Shown here piece after piece: positions 50,178 to 64,000 of a stretch of 64,000 bases of DNA. A model generated the notes under the pieces. The model made no database searches. It saw only the letters and a list, made by a program, of their open reading frames with translations, and was not told the origin of the DNA. The first letter of the stretch is position 1. Each line of letters opens with the position of its first letter. The stretch is from the NCBI GenBank assembly GCA_951406725.2, contig OX597836.1, forward strand, positions 38,998,001 to 39,062,000, read 5' to 3'. The stretch is from Octopus vulgaris. Taxonomy: Eukaryota. A program made the position numbers and the translations under genes.

Positions 50178-51991
50178 GGTTTTAATTTTATAAAGCTATT
50201 TGACTATCAACAGTAAAACCACGACGACGATGACAACAACAACAACGACAACTACTACGAAGATAACAACCACAACAGTAACTTTCTACTTTAGGCACAA
50301 GGCCTGAAATTTTGTGGGGAAGATGGGGAGTCGCCAATTACATAAACTCCAGTGCTTAACTAGCACTCATTTTATCGATCCTGAAAGAAGGAAATGTAAA
50401 GTGGACTTCGGCGGAACTTGAACTCAGAATGTAAAGCCGGACGAAATGCTGATAAATATTTTGTTCGGGAGTGCTAACAACTCTGCCAGCTCGTCGCAAC
50501 AATGAAATCGGTTTCGAATTTTGAAACAGGGGCAGCAATTTCGGTGGAGAGATTAAGGCGATTATATTAACCCCAGTACTCAACTAGTACTTATTTTATC
50601 GACCACGAAAGAATGAAAGCTAAAGTCGGCCTTGGTGGAATTTGAACTCAGAACATAAAGACGGACAAGATACCGCTACGCGTTTTGCCCGGCGTGCTAA
50701 CGATTCTGCCAGCTCGCCGCCTTCTTCAGCCACACTAATATCAACACCAACAACAAAACTTTCAATGCCCATGAGCCTGATAGGAGGCCACAATGCTAGA
50801 AACAGTAGTCAAATTATATTTATAAGGCGGCGAGCACACTGGACGAAATGCTTAGCGATATTTCGTCTGCCGTTACGTTCTGAGTTCAAATTCCGCCGAG
50901 GTCGACTATGCCTTTCATTCTTTCGGGGTCGATAAATTAAGTACCAGTTACGCACTGGGGTCGATATAATCGACTTAATCTCTTTATCTGTCCTTTGTTT
51001 AGCCCCCTGTGGGCAATAAAGAAATAAGGAACAGTAGTCAAATTTCTCTCAGATATCACACCACCATCTTAAAATAAGAACAACATTTGATAATGTAGTC
51101 GTATCGTAAACGTCTCTGAAAGTGCATGATGGTCACGGATGGAATGTCTTTGTTCATATATGTGTCCCATCAAGTTTGACCTGGAACTAATTAACAATAG
51201 CAACAACAATAAGAACTAAACTCTGTGAAGCGTTACGGCCATTACTTCGCTGCTTCTATCAAATTCTCTATTCTTACTCTAGATTAAATTAATTACGCGT
51301 ATTAGATTAAATTTTCTGAACAACAACGTCTAGTATGTAAATGTGTTTTAGAATTGTCTGCAATTTTATTTAAAGGAATTAAGATTTAACAAGAGGTAAT
51401 ACTGTTAATGTATTTTATCACTGTGTATTCCGTTAATTCATTTATCAAATTCAGAATTATATTTTTCTCTTTACAAAATTGAAAAAAACGATGCAACACA
51501 TAAAAATATTGATAATGTATTTCCTCATTGCTTACACCTTCAATTTATTTATCAAATTGAAAATTATACTTCGTTCGCTCTACAATTATAAAAGTCCGAA
51601 TGAGAAAAATATATTTTTGAGGTACTTTTCTACTGCATATATTCTCAATTTATTTCGTAAACATAAAAATCATTTTCTCTCTCACAAACACAAACACATG
51701 TGATGTAAAAAAAATATAATACAATGCATGTAATAAGAAGAAAATATACTTCCATTTTCAATTTATCTATCGACACCAAAATTCGTATTTCTTCTAAAAA
51801 AAATCGACAGAAAGAAATAATATTCTTAATGTACTTTATCACTGCTTGCACTTTGAAATTATTTATCAACTCAAAATTATAGTTTTTTTCTTGTTTTCAT
51901 CTCTGCAATGGACGAAAACCAAATTAGTAGAAACAAATATTCTTTTGTATATTCCCAGCTGTTTGCATCTTCAATTTATTTACCAAATTGA

Positions 51992-52220
51992 AGGCAGCGA
52001 GCTGGCAGAACCGTTAGCACGCCGGGCGAAATGCGTAGCCGTATTTCGTCTACCGTTACGTTCTGAGTTCAAATTCCGCCGAGGTTGACTTTGTCTTTCA
52101 TCCTTTCGGGGTCGATAAATTAAGTACCAGTTACGTTCTAGGGTCGATGTAATCGACTTAATCCGTTTGTCTGTCCTTGTTTGTTCCCTCTATGTTTAAC
52201 CCCTTGAGGGTAGTAAAATA
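51992..52220 (+). mobile_element. SINE family A monomer
   Basis: 17-bp TSD AATTTATTTACCAAATT. Similar monomers with TSDs at 50826-51029, 56736-56970, 57660-57890 and 61455-61687(-). Confidence 0.88.
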
Positions 52221-53644
52221 TATAAATTTATTTACCAAATTCAGAATTATATTTTTCCTATTAGGTAAAAATAATAAAATGGAGGTACTTAGCTTGGTAG
52301 TTAGGGGTGTGATAGTATGATTATGGTTTTGAATCTTGGACCGGGCGATGTGTTCTTGAGCAAAGCAATTCATTTCACGTGGCAACAGGCCTACCTGGTT
52401 TTGGGTGTCGCAATCTCTTAAAGACAGGAATAGCGATTATGCATTTTGTCCTACCTTCAAATCATTCATTAAAAAAACTGGTCACTTAGCGGTTCGGCAA
52501 AAGAGACCGATAGAATAAGTACTGGGCTTACAAATAATAAGTCCGAGGGTCGATTTGCTCGACTAAAGGCGGTGCTCCAGCATGGCCGCAGTCAAATGAC
52601 TGAAACAAGTAAAAGAGTAAAGAGTAAAAGAGTAATCATGTATACTTTTCTCCACTAAGAATTAACCCTCTAACGGAGAAAACATAAACGAGCATAAATT
52701 CTTTAATATTTCGTTGTTATTATGTTAAACTGTCGTATGTCCAAATTTGGCCAAATGCGCTTTTTTTTTTCAATATTTATTTTTGCTTGCAATAGCCGGT
52801 TCTTTTGGTCAAACTATCGCATCTCAACCTACTCCAGATGCTAAGATATCATATTTTGTCAATGATTTTGCTATGGAATAGTGAAAATATTCTTTCGTTT
52901 TCTGAAAAAGCAACGTTTTGGATGACGGTCTAATCCAGCTCTTGTTCCTAGACAAATGGCAAGACAAATGTTTAGCGTGGCTAGACAAATGTGTAGCATC
53001 TTCTGAGTTCAAATTCGACTTCCCGCTCTCCCCCGAAATTGCTGGCCTTGTGCCAAACTTTGAAATCAATATTTCTTTCTGTGTAAGGCAGCCTGCTGGT
53101 TGAATAGTTAGCACACCGGACAAAATGCTTAGCAGCATTACGTCCGGCTTTACGTTCTGAGTTCAAATTCCACCAAGGTCGACTTTGTTTTTTCCTCCTA
53201 TCGGGGTCGATGAAATAAGTACCAGTTGAACACTGGGGCCCGATGTAATCGACTTCCTGCTCTCCCCCGAAATTGCCCGGCCTTGTGCCAAAATTTGAAA
53301 TCAATATTTCTTTGTATATGAAAAACAGGAGACTATTACCTTTATAAATATCATTGTCTGGTTGTTCGACCTGCGGGTAATAATAGCTAAATCACCCTCA
53401 AGTTAAACATACTGAATACCTAGATACAATAGGTTTGAATAAATGACGGGATGGCCAAACATGAAGCACATTTGACCAAAGGTCAGCTCATTTACGATTA
53501 ACCTGGGTATTAAACAGGAACAGCTACTAATACTACCACAACTGCTACTACAACTACTACTACTGTTGCTGCTACTGCTGTCATTACTACTACTACTAAA
53601 TACTACTATTGCTGGTACTGTTGCTGTTACTACTACTACTGCTG

Positions 53645-53985
53645 CTGTTGCTGTAGAGCGAAGCAATCTTCGTCCCAGAGCTCGCAGTGGGAGAAGTCCG
53701 AAACGTGGTCCTTTGCTATTCGTAAGACCCGCAGAAGAGAAAGCAGGTCAACCCCACCGACACCGAGAGCATCGACGGATGGATGATGGATGAATGCGCA
53801 TCCCAGGCTCAGCGGTTGCGTAGGAAGTCGGGGACAAGAAACAGGAAGAAAGAGTGAGAGAAAGCTGGGGCGAAAGAGTACAACAGGGGTCGCCACCACC
53901 CCCTGCCGGAGCCTCGTGGAGCTTTAGATGTTTTCGCTCAATAAACACACACAACGCCCGGTCTGGGAATTGAAATCGCGATCCT
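53645..53985 (-). mobile_element. SINE family C (tail type 1), head truncated
   Basis: Aligns with 48291-48620. Confidence 0.85.
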
Positions 53986-54681
53986 TCGTACTACTGCCTG
54001 CTGTCACTCCTATCACTGCTGTCACAGCTGTTGTTACTATATTACAATGAATATGAGTCAATGATGCAGTTCATAAAGGAGTCGTTCTACAAATACTAGA
54101 AACCGTAGCCAAACTTCCTCAATATCACATCCTACAGTTCCAGAAAGTAACACATTTAACAATATAGTCGGGAGTGCACTGCATCCTGGAAATCTACTGG
54201 ACGGTCATGGCCGGAATATTTTTCTTCAATGATTTAGGTTCGACAGAACCAAAGCTTACTTTGAATAAAACAACTATAGATCGAATTACATGAGAAATAA
54301 GAGAGAGGGAGAGAGTGAGAGAGAGATGTAGAGAGAGGGGGAGTGAAATATCGCCTCATCTCAAATGATACAGAAATAAAATACAAAATCAATATAGGAT
54401 AAAATATATATTATTTTACAAGTGACCTGATGGTAACCAAGGAAACCGATAGAACGTTTTGTGCATAATATTACAGAAGGTGGACTCTACAGTGGAGTGA
54501 CATCTGAAGGATATCGGGATAAGGAATTCTCTGAGCGGTTGTCAGAGAGTAAGACATTAAAATATTCGCTGTCTACACCTATCGAAATATATGGCTTCAT
54601 CCGCCTACGCACACACACACACACACACGCATGCACGCATGCATATGCATACGTACGTACATACATACATACATACATATA

Positions 54682-54917
54682 CTCTCTTTACTCTCTTTTA
54701 CTTGTTTCAGCTATTTGACTGCGGCCATGCTGGAGCACCGCCTTTAGTCGAGCACATCGACCCCGGGACTTATTCATTTGTAAGACTAGTACTTATTCTA
54801 TCGGCCTCTTTTTGCCGAACCGCTAAGTTACGGGGACGTAAACACACCAGCATCGGTTGTCAAGCGATGTTGTGAGGGGACAAACACAGACACACAAACA
54901 CATACACACACACATAC

Positions 54918-54972
<55 letters not shown>

Positions 54973-55407
54973 CGACGGGCTTCTTTCAGTTTCCGTCTAC
55001 CAAATCCACTCACAAGGCTTTGGTCGGCTCGAGGCTATAGTAGAAGACATTTGCTCAAGGTGCCACGCAGTGGGACTGAACCCGAAACCATGTGGTTCGT
55101 AAGCAAGCTACTTACTACACAGCCACTCCTACACACACATATACAGATACATACGTACATAGATTTTACTTTTTTACTTCTTTGTCATTTGGCTGCGGCC
55201 ATGCTGGAGCATCACCTTAACGAGTTTTAGTCGAACAAATCGCGCCCCCATAGGACTAAGTCTTTGTAAATCTAGTACTTTTTTCATTGGTCCCTTTTGC
55301 CGAACCGCTAAGTACGGGGACATAACCACATCAACATATGTTGTCAAACGATGGTGGGGTGGACAAACACAGGCGCAAGAGCACAAATACATACACGCTC
55401 ACACATA

Positions 55408-55463
<56 letters not shown>

Positions 55464-55625
55464 TATATATATACGACGGGCTTCTTTTAGTTTCCGTCTA
55501 CCAAATCCACTCGCAACCCGAGGGTACAGTAGAAAGCACTTGCCCAAGGTTCCACGCAGTGGGAGTGAATTCGGAGTTATGTGGTTGGGAAGCAAGCTTC
55601 TTACTACACAGCCACGCCTGTGCCT
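54682..55625 (-). mobile_element. Two adjacent SINE family B copies (54682-55131 younger; 55165-55625 older)
   Basis: Both have head, internal microsatellite and tail. Confidence 0.85.
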
Positions 55626-56064
55626 ACACACACACACAAATACACACGCATATATATATATATATATATTTCGCTGGAGACTGCATGAAGACAGGAAGAA
55701 ACTCCTGTGGTTAGGGGCCACTTTCAACGCCCTCAGTGTCGCAGGATCTTCCTCTCCCGTATCGGTTTTGTCAGCTACGTCCACTCCAGTGAAAAAACAG
55801 TGAGCTTGAGGAGGATGAACCTCTTGGATCGATGCTGTCATCAATTTTGATGGGCTGTCATTAGTAAATAAGCTTAAATCGTTAATTCCTTCACATTTTT
55901 CTGTCTCTCTCCGTTTTCCCCCCCCCTCTCTCAACCCTTTCTGTCAAAGAGCTTAGGCTCGAAACGTCAAAAACTCTTCCAGTCTTTCCGAGCGTCCAAC
56001 TAATACACCCACTTGATGCTCCTTCACCTGTCTTCTTCTTTTGCTTTCTGTAAATTAGAAAAAA

Positions 56065-56106
<42 letters not shown>

Positions 56107-56239
56107 TATACATGTGCGGTGGGGTCTACGTCATCAGAATTTAGGAATTTCAAGAGACATGATATATTTCTTCGCTTTTTTAACAGTGCAGCTAGAAGCA
56201 GATAAGCCTATATAGAAGCAGATAAGGCTATATAACCTT

Positions 56240-56480
56240 ACCAATGCATTAAATTGCTCCGCGATCAATTTATGGCAACTACTGAACTTTTTTTTTTTAT
56301 CAAAAATCCCTGTACACCATCAGGTCCTGCTGCTTTCCAGTTGCTAATCATTTTACTCGTATTTCTGATACTGTCTTCTGTGAAGTGAATAGCCTCTTGC
56401 TCCCAGTTGATGTTCTTTTCTTTATTAGTCCTCGTGTTGTGCTCCTGGACGGTATCTCCATTGTCATTTATCACCTTCTC
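56240..56480 (-). mobile_element. R4/Dong-like LINE RT N-terminal fragment
   Basis: EQEAIHFTEDSIRNTSKMISNWKAAGPDGVQGFLIKK..CHKLIAEQFNAL (RT domain 0 'NWKAPGPDG' motif). Confidence 0.8.
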
Positions 56481-57539
56481 ATTCAGTACTGGGATCAATG
56501 TAATCATCTTGCCCCTCCCCTGAAATTGCTGGCCTTTTGCCAAAATTTGAAATCATTATCATTATTATTATTGATTAGTAAGGACAGCACGGAAACGTTT
56601 CTCACGGCTTCCGACACTGGTGCGTGGTCCTGAGACCGGAGATCTAATCAGAAAACTTGCATCAGAGAGTACCTCGATAAAGATACTCAATAACTAGATA
56701 ATAGTGGTGTTAATTTGGGTGCGGTATTATTTCGAAGGCGGCGAGCTGGCAGAAACGTTAGCACGCCGGGTGAAATGCTTTGCGGTATTTCGTCTGCCGT
56801 TACGTTCTGAGTTCAAATTCCGCCGAGGTCGACTTTGCCTTTCATCCTTTCGGGATCGATAAATTAAAGTACCGGTTACGCACTGGGGTCGATGTAATCG
56901 ACTTAATACCTATGCCTGTCCTTGTTTGTCCCCTCTATGTTTAGCCCCTCGTGGGTAATAAAGAAATAGGTATTATTTCGACCACCAAGAAAAGGAACGG
57001 ATCCTCCGGAAAGTTTCCTCTCATTTTCCAATCTCCCAAATTCTATTCAGAATTCTTCAATCGCGTAGGCTTTTGTAGAAGACACTTGCCCAAGGTGCCG
57101 TGTAATTGCGACATGAACGTCTTACTTATTCAGTCATGCCATCCTTGTACAGATGTTTTATGTATAAAGGAAACCAATTTCTTATAACTTCATCAGATAT
57201 CTAATAGCATCTGTTTAAAGTGATAAGACCTTTCATTAGAACTGCATTGAAATACTGCAGGAAATACAAAAGAAAATAAAAGAAATTGAAGTTCAAAAGA
57301 AAGTATTATTACTTGTAAATATAGGCCAGAATCAATATTGAATAAAACGCCGTGGAGCTTGTGAAACAATATAATAGTTAGGAAAATACAACAATTTTAC
57401 AATATCTTGGACGTAATTGATCGATGCATCAGTAACAGCAAAAAAAGAAAACAAAACAACAGGAGCAGGAACAATAACAACAAAAACAACAACGACAACC
57501 ACAATAGGAAAGACAACGGTAACAATAACAGCAACAATA

Positions 57540-58500
57540 AGACTGATCAGATGAGGTAACCTTCATGTGGTTGCCAGACTTGTTAGAAATAGCAGTTATA
57601 TATGATGCTCAATGCACACCTTGAGGAAGTAAAGTGCGCATTAGATTATGCATATGGTACTGCGAGTTGGCAGAAACGGTAGCACACCGGATGAAATGCT
57701 TAGCGGTATTTCGTCTGCCGCTACGTTCTGAGTTCAAATTCCGCCGAGGTCGACTTTGTCTTTCCTCCTTTCGGGGTCGATTAAATAAGTACCAGTTACG
57801 CACTGGGGTCGATATGATCGACTTAATCCGTTTTTCTGTCCTTGTTTGTCCCTTCTGTGTTTAGCCCCTTGTGGGTAGTAAAGAAATAGGTACTGCGCAT
57901 ACTTATAAACAAAAAGGACGTGATGGTCCTGGTTGGAACGCCTTTTATTACGGGTCTCCTCCGTCAGTACTGAACTGGATTTAGGCAGAACTACCACCAA
58001 CAGCAGCAGCAACAGCAGCAACAATAGCAGCATCAATAACAATAACAGCTACAAAACAGCAATAAGACCAATCAAATGAGGGAACCTTGATGTGGTTCCT
58101 AAACGTGCTAGAAATAGCAGCGGATTCACGCTCAGTTCACACCTTATTGTCTTTGGAAAGTGAGGAGCACATTAGACAATGTACATGGTCCTGCATGCAC
58201 TAACAAACAAGAATAATGTGATGGTCATCGTTGGATCATATAAACTTCTCCGTCTTTGCTGAACTGAGCTTCAACACTATTATCAACAACAACAACAATA
58301 GTTACAACAATAACAACAATAACAACAACAACAACAAAAGTTATATGAGTGAGTGGTTACTATGCTTGCTAGAAATAGTTGCTAAATCCCGCTTAATTCA
58401 CACTTTACAGCTTTGTGAAAGTAAAGCGTCGAACTGGATTTAAGCAACAACACCCCTATTACAACTACAAAAACAACAACAACATCAACGACAACAACAG
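57540..58500 (+). mobile_element. Three tandem degenerate copies of an old (CAA)n-tailed SINE-like family (family D)
   Basis: Recurring gaaccttcatgtggttg..cttgctagaaatagcag ... gatggtc.tggttggaa ... actggatttaggc.(aac)n. Other remnants at ~6830-7060(-), 14380-14530(-), 32390-32560(-), 51030-51200 and 54060-54270. Confidence 0.55.
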
Positions 58501-59176
58501 TAATATTACTGAATAAAACCGTCTGACAATGGAAATTATGGAGAATTTTCTACATAAAATATAATTTTCTTTCATATCGTCCGTTTGGTTGTTTTCAAAT
58601 AAATAACTGCTGCCAATAATTCAATAAAAGCGGCCACACAGCTATATTTATTAATGTGGGTCAACTATGACCAGCCATTCAAACAATAATTTGAATGAGA
58701 TTTCTTGAAAGGTTAACGAAGATTAAAGGTGTTGATACCTCTTCTGTGACAGAAACAAATATAGTTGGTTAAACTGGCATTTGTGAAAACGTGTGTGCTT
58801 TAAACTGATTTCCGTCTGCTTTTACTCGACAATAAACGGATAGCACTTGGCAGAGAAATATGTTTTGCTATTAATAGTGGAGCTGAATTTAATTCTTACT
58901 GAGTTCAAAACATATCTGCCAACAGATATCATGTTTCGAGCTAAATATATCTCAAATCACCAGTCCACTGTCTTCAAATGGAAAAAATCCCATTTGATAA
59001 TGAAATACTGGACGTGGTTGTGTAATAAGAGGTTTGCTTACCACAAGGGCAACATCTTTCCAGGTTCAGGCCCACTGCGTGGCACCTTCAGCAAGCGTCT
59101 TCAACTAAAGCCTCGGACCATCCAAAGCCTTGTGAGTGGTTTTGGTCAACGGATACTGAAAGAAGGCTGCCATATT

Positions 59177-59410
59177 CGAGGGGATGCTGAAAAGTCCATG
59201 GCTATGTGTAAAGAAAAAAAAAGAAGAAAAGAATACAAGAGGATCAGTTAAGTATGATTTTATTCAACATATCCCCTCTCAGCTTCACACACTCATTGCA
59301 GTGGTCCATCAAGTTTTCTAAGCCCTGTGAAAGCACTCCGAAGGTTGGGCCTCCGACTACGCGTCTTTCGCGACACCCTTAATGCCAGGAACTTTTTGGT
59401 TAACCCTCAT
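59177..59410 (-). mobile_element. Mariner-derived MITE inserted into SINE family B
   Basis: TIRs CGAGGGGATGCTGAAAAGTCCATGGC / GCCAGGAACTTTTTGGTTAACCCTCA|TA; homologous to 18170-18365. Family B halves lie on both sides. Confidence 0.7.
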
Positions 59411-59420
59411 ATGTATATAA

Positions 59421-59467
<47 letters not shown>

Positions 59468-62229
59468 CCACTTCCACTTGACAAGCGGTGTTGATTTGTT
59501 TACATCCCCGAAACCTTGTGGTTCGGCAAGAGAGACCGATGGAATATGTATCAGGTTTTAAAAAAGCGCTGAGCGTCGATTAGTTCGACTAAAATTCTTC
59601 AAAGTGGTGCCCCAGCATGGCCGCAGTCTAATAACTGAGACAAGTAAAAGACAAAATGTAAGGAAAAACTTCAATTTTGAAGCAAAAGGTGATGCTGTCT
59701 TGATATCCTGGGAGCTGACCTCTTGCTCTAAAATACTTGTTATATATTGAAATATATCGAGAGGAAAGAATTAAATATACGAAGAGGAGAAAGAGCAAAT
59801 ATAAATATATTAGTTGATAGCAAACAAATGTAGGATTCAAATTTTGGCACAAGGCCAGCAATTTTATGGTCGAGAGCTAGTCGATTACATCGACTGCAGT
59901 ACTCGATTGGTACTTGTTTTATCCATCCAGAAAGGATGAAAGGTAAAGTCAGCCTCAGTGGAATTTGAACTCAGAACGTGAAGATGAACGAAATGACGCT
60001 AAGCATTTTGCCTGGTATGCTAACGGTTCTGCCAGTTCGCCGCTTTAAATCGCATACAAATATTAATTTCAAATTTTGGCGCAAGGCCAGCAATCGTAGG
60101 AGAGGGTCTAAGTCGATTACATCCGCACCAGTGCTCGATTGGTACTTATTGACTCCGAAAGGAAGAAGAGCAAAGTCGACCAAAGCAGTATTTGAACTCA
60201 CAACGTAAAGACGGACGAAATACCTATTTCTTTACTACCCACAAGAGGTTAAACACAGAGAGGACAAACAAGGACAGACAAACGGATTAAGTCGATTATA
60301 TCGACCCCAGTGCGTAACTGGTACTTAATTTATCGACCTCGAAAGGAAGAAGAGCAAAGTCGACCTCGGCGGTATTTGATCTCACAACGTAAAGATGGAC
60401 GAAATACCGCAAAGCATTTTCTCCGGCATGCTACGACTCTGCCAGCTCCTCAGGACACAAAATATTGACATGAATGTTAAAGTGGCTCAATTTCACACAT
60501 TTATTAGCATACAGCTAATTCCCTCGTATATTACTGGTATTTAGTGATCAGGCAGAGACGATCGAGAGAGTTCCGTGTTTTGTATGTTAAAATTTTTTGT
60601 TCCGACTTTCTTTGTTTTAAGTTCAAATTACTCCGAGGTCGACTTTGCCTTTCATCCGCTTGTGGGGCAATAAAAACAAGCACTAATTGACCACCCTCGT
60701 CCACCAATGTTTCATTTCCATCCTTTTGGGGGTTAATAAACTAACAGTACCAGTAAAATACTCGATCAGTATGACTGAATATACCAAAGGTTTATTTGTT
60801 GGGTTTAAAATTTTTAAAAAGGTTCTGGTGAAAAGTGTAAATTACTCGGCTACTTTTAATTATTCAATCAAAATTGAAAGATGTAACTGGGAAAACGACC
60901 GCAATTTGTCGTTAATTAATTAAAATAAACTAATTTAGTAAGCCGATTTTTCAAAAACCTGGGCCTCCTTTGAAAATTCATTTAAATAAAAATGCCCCTC
61001 GGTTATGAAAGTGTTGAGATCCACAAGATGATACTGTTCGTCCCTAAAATGTGTGACTATGTCAGAAATATAGGGTCTGTATGACTACGAGAGGTTGCCA
61101 GCGACGTAGAGCCAGGAACAAGCAAGAGGCCTCTATATCTTGCTTACCCAATTGACAAAGCATACAAGGTCGTCTGTTCTAGAGTGTCGGGTGTTCAAAT
61201 CTTGTAACAAGCGTATCATTACCAACGGATATTTGGGTATAAGTGAGGTCAAATAATCTTAAACGTAGACTAAAATCACATAGCCATTCTACTCACTAGG
61301 TCTATCAATTTAATCCATCTTATTTATTAATAGAAAGAAAATAACCTTTTCCAAAAATCGTCGCAATGCTACAACTTTATATGTGGTGCTGGGGTATAGT
61401 TGAGTGAATCGAACCAGACACACGATGGGTATAACATATAAAATGTATACACAATATATTTCTTTATTGCCCACAAGGGGCTAAGCACAGAGGGGACAAA
61501 CAAGGACAGGCAGAGGGATTAAGTCGATTACATCGACCCCAGTGCGTAACTGGTACTTAATTTATCGACCCCGAAAGGATGAAAGGCAAAGTCGACCTCG
61601 GCGGAATTTGTACTCAGAACGTAACGGCAGAAGAAATACGGCTACGCATTTCGTCCGGCGTGCTAGCGATTCTGCCAGCTCGCCGCCTGTATACACAGTA
61701 GCAGACCAGCATTATTAGTAGTTATCATTTGAAAAGAAAAGGGAAACTTGGTGGGATTTTGATAATAGAACTTATAACGATCTACTTCGCCTCCCTACTG
61801 TTTCAACTATTTCCGTTCACAAGCTATAAATACTGTATTCCTATAACACTCTATTTGTCCGCTGCAATAGAAATGGCATACGATAAAGATCAAATCTGTA
61901 ACTAATGCATTATATTAACCTTTACAAGGGCGGTGAGCTGACAAAATCATTAGCACACCGGACAAAATGCTCAGCAGAATTTCGTCCGATTTTACGTCTT
62001 GTATATGCATATGTCAGTTCTTGCTCCTTCTTCGGCACCATACCTAAGCCGTTAACCATCCATGAACAGATTGCGATTAATATTTCATTTCCGTATCTTA
62101 TATTAGACTTACATACTGGTTCTTCTTCAGAATTCTGCGACTCTAGAGCTGTTCAGCACCTCGAAATATTTTACTAAATATTGGTCTGCACTGTGAATAC
62201 ATTTTGTTGTTGTTTAGTCTCCACTTAAA

Positions 62230-62515
62230 ACACCTAAAAGCTCCACGAGGCTCCGGCAGGGGGTGGTGGTGATCCCTGCTGTACTCTTTCACCACGACTT
62301 TCTCTCACTCTTACTTCCTGTTTCTGTTGTACCTCTATTTCAAAAGGGCCGGCCTTGTCACTCTCTGTGTCACGCTGAATATCCCCGAGAACTACGTTAA
62401 GGGTACACGTGTCTGTGGAGTGCTCAGCCACTTATACGTTAATTTCACGAGCAGGCTGTTCCGTTGATCGGATCAACCGGAACCCTCGTCGTCGTAACCG
62501 ACGGAGTGCTTCCAT
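62230..62515 (+). mobile_element. SINE family C centre plus tail type 2 (head missing)
   Basis: aaaacacctaaaagctccacgaggctccggcagggggtggtgg..ctgtactctttcaccac.actttctctcactctt.cttcctgtttct, then gttgtacc..aaagggccggccttgtcactctc...gtcgtaaccgacggagtgc. Confidence 0.75.
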
Positions 62516-62636
62516 TTAAAGTCTCCACTTAGCTCCTCTTAATCAAACAGATGAGCGAGATGCGTTCCAGCCGTGACCCTTTTGTATTATCTGCTTTTAT
62601 TTGTTTATTAGTTTTTTTCGAATACGGTTCATCTAG

Positions 62637-63170
62637 GAAGCGCATGGTTTAGTCGTTAGCGTGGTGGACTCATGATCGTAAGATTGTGGTTTCGATTCCT
62701 GGACCAGGCGATGTATTGTGTTCTTGAGCAAAAGACTTCATTTCATATTGCTCCAGTGGTTGTTCCTTCTCGAGCCATGCCTGGCTCACAAGGGCCGGTT
62801 TCCCGGTTTCTTGGCGTATAGGTTCCCCACCTGGACGGGACGCCGGTCCGTCGCAAGTGGGCTGCAAGATGCAGGAGGAAAGAGTGAGAGAAAGTTGTGG
62901 CGAAAGAGTCAGCAGAAGTTTCGCCATTACCTTCTGCCGGAGCTGCGTAGAGCTTAGGTGTTTCGCTCTTAAACACACACATCACCCGGTCTGGGATTCG
63001 AACCCGCGATCCCTCGACCGCGAATCCGTAGCTCTAACCACTAGGCCATGTGCCTCCACTATATTGCTCCAGTCCGCTCATCAGACAAAAATGAGTCAGC
63101 CTGCGACGGATCGGTGTCCCGTCCAGGTAGGGAATTTATACGCCATGGAAACCGGCCCTTACGTGTCGCC
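62637..63170 (+). mobile_element. SINE family E host with a nested antisense family C (tail type 3) copy at 62758-63060
   Basis: 13-bp TSD ATATTGCTCCAGT (62745-62757 / 63061-63073). Host and insert share the gcgacgga.cgg.gtcccgtccaggt.gggaa..tatacgcca.g.aaaccgg tail. Confidence 0.85.
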
Positions 63171-64000
63171 ATAACTCTAGTATGAAAAATATTTTTAAAA
63201 CGACAGGTTATCCTCGCAAGGAAATTATTTGATTGCTTTTTGTAGCAAGTCAAGTGATCACACACAGGCCTTCCCACGGTGAGCAGTGTAATATATCTGA
63301 TTGATGTCGGCGGCCGACTGCCTTTTGACTTGATAGATCGTGCGAATTTAACACAGTAACTGCGTGTCTCTTCTACATCACTATCGCAGTGTTACTGTCT
63401 ATTATTCAACGATGTTAAAATAATTGATTAACGTCAGTAATCAAGTGTGTCTTTTGATTTGACAACTTGTTTCATAACTATTATTGTGTGTGTGTGTGTG
63501 TGTGCGTGTGTGTGTGCGCGTGTGCGTGTGTGTGTGTGTGTGTGTATGCTTCTTTCCCCCACAACATTCTCCTAAAATGTATCATTGAATCTGTGGTACA
63601 TTTATAGCTTTGTTATAATTGTATAGTCTTGTTTATTTTTATCTCATCTAATTTCCTCTTCTCCGTATCAGTACGTTCTGATCTTCATCAAACCAAGCAT
63701 ATTATTCCATTTAACTTTTTTTTTATTTTTAAATCAAACGCTTCGCTTTCTTGATGCACTCAGCTGATTAACTGACCGACCTTCAGTGCATCGAATACTT
63801 TTAAAGGTCAACATCGCAACAGAAGTAACCAAGAATTAGTGAGTAGCTCGATGGACTCCAGTATTTCTAATTAGTTTTTCCAATGCGTTCTTATTTAATA
63901 TGCATGAATTTCCAATATATAATTAAAAAAAATACATATATATAAAAATACAAAACATAAGAACGAATACGGAAAAATTAATTAAGAGTGTTTCTAAATC

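Noticed and set aside
57165-57203. Minus-strand CTGATGA-gttataa-GAAA
   Set aside because: Stems I and III do not pair; chance occurrence.

Overview
AT-rich, microsatellite-dense animal genomic DNA, intronic or intergenic. The repeat families look to me like those of Octopus (inference from recognition; no search was run). I found no supportable host protein-coding gene; almost all ORFs in the track are microsatellite or SINE translations. The window is a layered transposon landscape: (i) dozens of tRNA-derived SINE copies from about 5 families, including one that inserts as head + N x 184-bp concatemers inside a single target-site duplication (TSD); (ii) fossil LINE fragments (R4/Dong-type RLE, RTE, RTE-BovB); (iii) fossil DNA transposons (a GTF2IRD2/Buster-like hAT transposase, maT/mariner pieces, hAT, piggyBac and mariner MITEs, and two non-autonomous Helitrons, one with its empty paralogous site in the window); (iv) at least four clear and several degenerate type-I hammerhead ribozyme motifs, each in a different short element embedded in TA-rich microsatellites, probably Penelope pLTR- or retrozyme-like. 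The hammerhead-bearing elements and the concatemer-forming SINE are the most interesting signals. Coordinates were counted by hand and may be off by a few bases.
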